DNA of 40,029 nt from Crocinitomicaceae bacterium (GTDB lineage Bacteria; Bacteroidota; Bacteroidia; Flavobacteriales_D; Crocinitomicaceae): positions 1 through 40,029 of the forward strand of contig JBIKQS010000001.1 of NCBI GenBank assembly GCA_044349575.1, read 5' to 3'. The translations under genes were made by a program, and so were the position numbers. Positions 36,703 to 40,029 of the stretch are shown piece by piece (the stretch's first letter is position 1; every line of letters starts with the position of its first letter). The notes below the pieces were generated by a model. That model saw only the letters and a program-made list of their open reading frames with translations. It did no database searches and was not told where the DNA came from.

Positions 36703-37197
36703 TTATTTGCTGTTAGTGGTATTTGTTTTTATTAATTTGAGAGTTTCTTCTAAGTCGTCCTCTCTGCTCCAATAATATCCATAAGCCTTTTTATATTTTT
36801 TTATCTGATGCCTAATACCTTCAGGTTTATATGAGCCTGATTCATTATGTTTCACAGCTTCTAACGATTCGAACTCCTTTATTACGTCAAAGTTTACTGG
36901 ATCAATCTGTAATAGCTTACCTTTTGTACGTTTCTTTTGAATTTTTCTATCTATTGGTAGATATTTGGGTCTTAATCCATGCTCGGCAATTATTCGTTTA
37001 TAAACTCCGTCACTCATACCATATTTTTTCGGAATGTCCTTTTGATAAAATTTTCCGCTGATTATGTCTTTTTTTAACTCAGCAAGTTGTTTCAAGCTTA
37101 GTTGCTTTTTTTTTCGGCTTTTTGGTTTGTCCTCACAAGATTGCATAAATCCGGCGACAATAAGAAGAATTAAGAAGAAAAATTGAACTGATTTCAT
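36703..37197 (-). CDS. N-terminally membrane-anchored, highly basic protein with HTH-like modules
   Basis: 164 aa. Hydrophobic N-terminus MKSVQFFFLILLIVAGFMQSC followed by KPKSRKKK. Then IPKKYGMSDGVYKRIIAEHGL and VIKEFESLEAVKHN...GIRHQIKKYKKAYGYYWSRE, which resemble NUMOD1/IENR1-type modules. Confidence 0.55.
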   Translation of the reverse strand: MKSVQFFFLILLIVAGFMQSCEDKPKSRKKKQLSLKQLAELKKDIISGKFYQKDIPKKYGMSDGVYKRIIAEHGLRPKYLPIDRKIQKKRTKGKLLQIDPVNFDVIKEFESLEAVKHNESGSYKPEGIRHQIKKYKKAYGYYWSREDDLEETLKLIKTNTTNSK

Positions 37198-37226
37198 ACC
37201 GAAATACGAATTTAACGCACGAGAAC

Positions 37227-37640
37227 CTACTTGGTTTCTACATACTTCTTAAAGTTATTCAAAATTAACTGCCAACCTGTTTTTTGAAGTTCGACTGGGT
37301 TTTCTGTCTCAGGATCAAACGTGATTTTTACCGAGGTTGAGTCATTATTTTGATGAAAATCAACTTTTGCTACACGTCCACTAAATTCATAGGTAAAACT
37401 TGCTAATGTTACAATTTCAGTGTAAACCGCCTCAAAGTCGAATCCAAAACTTCCGTCCTTCGCCTCCATACGCGCAAGGTATTTACCTCCAATTTCTAAC
37501 TCATTGGTTGCATGCGGACAATGCCAACTTGGATCAGCAAAATTCCAGTTAATGATGTGGGATGGATTTGTATAAAAATTCCACACTTTTTGAATATCTG
37601 CTTCAATTTTTACTTCAACGCTTATTTTTTCTAGTGACAT
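37227..37640 (-). CDS. SRPBCC superfamily protein (AHSA1/Aha1-like domain)
   Basis: 137 aa. I.A....VW..YT.P..I..W and F.F.F..VYTEI patterns. Confidence 0.8.
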   Translation of the reverse strand: MSLEKISVEVKIEADIQKVWNFYTNPSHIINWNFADPSWHCPHATNELEIGGKYLARMEAKDGSFGFDFEAVYTEIVTLASFTYEFSGRVAKVDFHQNNDSTSVKITFDPETENPVELQKTGWQLILNNFKKYVETK

Positions 37641-37660
37641 AGTTCTTTGTTTTATTTCTA

Positions 37661-38563
37661 TTATTTCACCTTCAATGTTCGACTCATTACCCCTTTCTCC
37701 ACATCAATATCAATTCTCCCCAAATACAATCCTGCATAACCAACTTGGTTTATGAGTACATTTTTCCCTTTTTTATTTTTTTCAATCGTGGGGTTTTCCA
37801 AAAATGTATGCGTATGTCCGCCTAAAATTAGGTCAATATTACTCGTTTGTTGAGCAAGTTTTCGATCTGAAATTCTGGAAGAATCGGTGTAATCATATCC
37901 TAAATGAGAAAGACATATGACTAAATCACATCCTTTTTTTCTCAATTCTCTCGCCATAGAATTGGCGGTTGAAACTGGATCCAAGTACTTTGTTTTTCCG
38001 TAATTGTTTTCAGTTACCAAGCCATTTAATTCAATCCCAACTCCAAAAACACCAATTTTTAATGTGCCTTTTTGAAAAATCTCGTACGGTTTCGTTTCTC
38101 CTTTCAAGGCTGTCTCTGAAAAATCGTAATTGGCGCACAAAAATGGAAATTTCGCATGTCTCTTTGCTGTTTTAAATCCTTCCAAACCAATGTCAAAATC
38201 ATGGTTCCCCATCGTAGCAGCATCATAACCCATTTCTGACATGAGCTTCATTTCTAATTCGCCACCAAACATGTTGAAATATGGTGTTCCTTGAAAAATA
38301 TCGCCGCAATCTAAAAGTAGTACGTTTTCTTCTTCCGATCTGATTTTTTGAATCAATGCATGTCGTCTTGAAACACCACCCATTCCTGGAAATTTCGCAT
38401 GATTACTCGGAAAAGGATCTATGTTTGAGTGCGTATCGTTGGTATGAAGAATTGTTAGTTTGTTAGCTTTTTTCTTCGTAACCCATTGACCAAGTCCATT
38501 GAAGCTGATTAAAAATGCTCCGGATCCAAAGGTGATATTTTGAAGAAATTTCCGGCGGTTCAT
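37661..38563 (-). CDS. 5'-nucleotidase metallophosphatase-domain subunit with Tat-type signal
   Basis: 300 aa. MNRRKFLQN twin-arginine motif, then HTNDTHS, DCGDIFQGT, GNHDFD and GGHTHT motifs. Confidence 0.85.
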   Translation of the reverse strand: MNRRKFLQNITFGSGAFLISFNGLGQWVTKKKANKLTILHTNDTHSNIDPFPSNHAKFPGMGGVSRRHALIQKIRSEEENVLLLDCGDIFQGTPYFNMFGGELEMKLMSEMGYDAATMGNHDFDIGLEGFKTAKRHAKFPFLCANYDFSETALKGETKPYEIFQKGTLKIGVFGVGIELNGLVTENNYGKTKYLDPVSTANSMARELRKKGCDLVICLSHLGYDYTDSSRISDRKLAQQTSNIDLILGGHTHTFLENPTIEKNKKGKNVLINQVGYAGLYLGRIDIDVEKGVMSRTLKVK

Positions 38564-39258
38564 GGAATAAATCGCACTTCTGTGTTAGAAATTAAAACCC
38601 CTTCTTGCTTGGCATGTTCAATCAACACATCCCGCATCAGTTTGCCTGTTTGATTAATGACTTTTCCTTTCTTCAAGAAATCCATTTTATCGCCAGCGTT
38701 CGCGAGATAATCGGAAGTAATGACAATACATGTTTTAGCTCCTTCACGCATCGAATTCAATTTCAATTTTCCTTTTTCAACGGTACAATTTGAAATGGGT
38801 TCACCACCTGTTTTAGTGACATAAGCTGCAATATCATCCAAAGCTTCAATGGGAAGTTCAATCCAAACGATTGTGTTATCGAAAGGCATAACTTTGTAAA
38901 AGTCACCCAAGGTAAGTTCTCCTTTTCCTAAACTCGAGCGAATGCCACCTGTATTTAACAAGCAAATGGTAGGTGTTGTTAGTCTTACGTTCTGAGTTTG
39001 TTGAATAAAAACAGCATCTGCCACCCAATTTATCAAATTGGACGAAGGACGCTGAGCCACAAAATTCGTATCTGCCTTGGCAATGACTTCACTCATTATT
39101 GAGGTCATTGAATCGCGGTAAGGTTGGATTAATACATCCGTTTTTTGATTGGATTCATTTTGCGGTGTAATAGGAACGCGAGAAGGTTCTATCACAATAT
39201 GCGAAGAGCAAGCCAAAAGACTTGCTCCAACACAGATTATGAAAATAAATTTACGCAT
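38560..39258 (-). CDS. 5'-nucleotidase C-terminal (substrate-binding) domain lipoprotein
   Basis: 232 aa. Lipobox SLLACSSH. NTGGIRS, F.Y/VMPFDN and ITSDYLANAGD are typical of the 5'-nucleotidase C-terminal domain. 4-nt overlap with the downstream gene. Confidence 0.8.
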   Translation of the reverse strand: MRKFIFIICVGASLLACSSHIVIEPSRVPITPQNESNQKTDVLIQPYRDSMTSIMSEVIAKADTNFVAQRPSSNLINWVADAVFIQQTQNVRLTTPTICLLNTGGIRSSLGKGELTLGDFYKVMPFDNTIVWIELPIEALDDIAAYVTKTGGEPISNCTVEKGKLKLNSMREGAKTCIVITSDYLANAGDKMDFLKKGKVINQTGKLMRDVLIEHAKQEGVLISNTEVRFIP

Positions 39259-40029
39259 TATTCAATCACAAAAGAGGATTGTACAGTACCATATTCTGTA
39301 CCAACTTTTAAAATGTACACACCTGATTTGAATTGACCAGCTGCAAGTTCTAAAACTGGTAAATTTTGAGAATCTACCTCAATTATAGTTCTGCCTTGAG
39401 CATCCGTTACGGAATACGAAGTGATGTTTGTTCCATTAACTTGGGCATACACTTTATTATTTGTAGGAACAGGGAAAACTGAAAAATTACTTTCCAATTT
39501 TTCTTGTAACCCAACTTGACATGTTTCATAAGTCATATTTGAAAAATTAACATGACATACAAAATCAGTTGAATCGATGTATGGATTTCTATTGTTTTGA
39601 AGTGAATAAATGAATTCATTTCGAGCAATTTCGTAATTATCAGGCAAATCAGCGTAATGCCACTGTTTTAACACCTCTTGATTTTGGTTTGTTGGAAGTT
39701 GCCAATTATTACCTAATTGACCGTTGTAACAAGTTGCCATATAAAACATGGCTCTTGCTACATTTCCTCTTTGTTCCGCTCTCGGAGTAAAACATAATTG
39801 ACCGTCAGCACGGTAACCAACTGCGCAATTTAAATAGGTGAAAACTGAATTTCCAGTAATTATATCCATTGGTAAATTACTTCTCGGTGTATTGGCATTT
39901 TGAAGGTTTGTAGGATATAAATTATGTTGATCGTTGTATTCCTTTTGTTCTGGATTGTCTGCCGGGAAGGTTGGCATCCATGAATGAGAATAGGTGTGCT
40001 CACGAGAATATCCGGTTGCAGTCCAGTCA
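39258..40029 (-). CDS. Endonuclease I family extracellular nuclease with T9SS C-terminal sorting domain (5' end beyond window)
   Basis: The frame stays open upstream of the track's Met to the window end (..DWTATGYSREHTYSHSWMPTF..). REH..S.SW and DQHNLYPT..N..R motifs of endonuclease I. C-terminal VFPVPTNNKVYAQV...GVYILKV...SSFVIE is a T9SS CTD. Confidence 0.8.
   Translation of the reverse strand, partial: DWTATGYSREHTYSHSWMPTFPADNPEQKEYNDQHNLYPTNLQNANTPRSNLPMDIITGNSVFTYLNCAVGYRADGQLCFTPRAEQRGNVARAMFYMATCYNGQLGNNWQLPTNQNQEVLKQWHYADLPDNYEIARNEFIYSLQNNRNPYIDSTDFVCHVNFSNMTYETCQVGLQEKLESNFSVFPVPTNNKVYAQVNGTNITSYSVTDAQGRTIIEVDSQNLPVLELAAGQFKSGVYILKVGTEYGTVQSSFVIE

Noticed and set aside
36678-36708. 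A GC-cored hairpin (AAATAGGCGC ... GCGCTTATTT) overlapping the stop of the 164-aa gene.
   Set aside because: On the transcribed (minus) strand it has an A-C mismatch, only four G-C pairs and no U tail. This is too weak to call a terminator.
1-40029. A search for CRISPR repeats, tRNA/rRNA-like sequence (for example a GGTTCGAATCC-type T-arm), transposase or integrase ORFs and toxin-antitoxin pairs.
   Set aside because: I found none by eye. All intergenic gaps except 568-819, 31902-32405 and 33546-33769 are under 170 nt, and the ORF set contains no recombinase-like translation. A tRNA or covariance-model scan would be needed to be definitive.

Overview
AT-rich chromosomal segment that looks like Bacteroidota, probably Flavobacteriia-like. 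The taxon is inferred from several type IX secretion (T9SS) C-terminal sorting domains, TTTG/TAnnTTTG-type promoter motifs, FISUMP and SprB-repeat proteins and a long-form IspG; it is not proven. I support about 36 protein-coding genes, two of them truncated by the window ends. I found no rRNA, tRNA, CRISPR array, transposase or integrase by eye. Housekeeping core: yceD-like/rpmF/plsX/fabH/accB/accC, pdxA, an M17 leucyl aminopeptidase, mutY, hup, ispG, an M1 aminopeptidase, xseB and a PaaJ/PcaF-like thiolase. Between these lie cell-envelope genes. (a) 820-7936: a GtrB/ArnC-like polyprenyl-phosphate glycosyltransferase, two large polytopic membrane proteins and a PorZ-like T9SS propeller protein. 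(b) 23886-28158: a translationally coupled lipoprotein, predicted outer-membrane beta-barrel and T9SS cargo. (c) 29459-31901: an ABC-2 exporter with a LolA-like secreted partner. (d) 37661-40029: a T9SS-secreted endonuclease I followed by a split, order-swapped 5'-nucleotidase. An accessory-looking stretch at 31902-37640 holds a solitary AAA+/DUF4143 ATPase bracketed by short direct repeats and a long hairpin-rich non-coding gap. It also holds a degenerate stand-alone DEAD-box domain, a lipoprotein gene bracketed by an exact 15-mer, and a membrane-anchored protein with homing-endonuclease-type HTH modules. The best candidates for something undescribed are (a) and (b). Both are hypotheses from gene order and motifs only; no database search or structure prediction was possible here.
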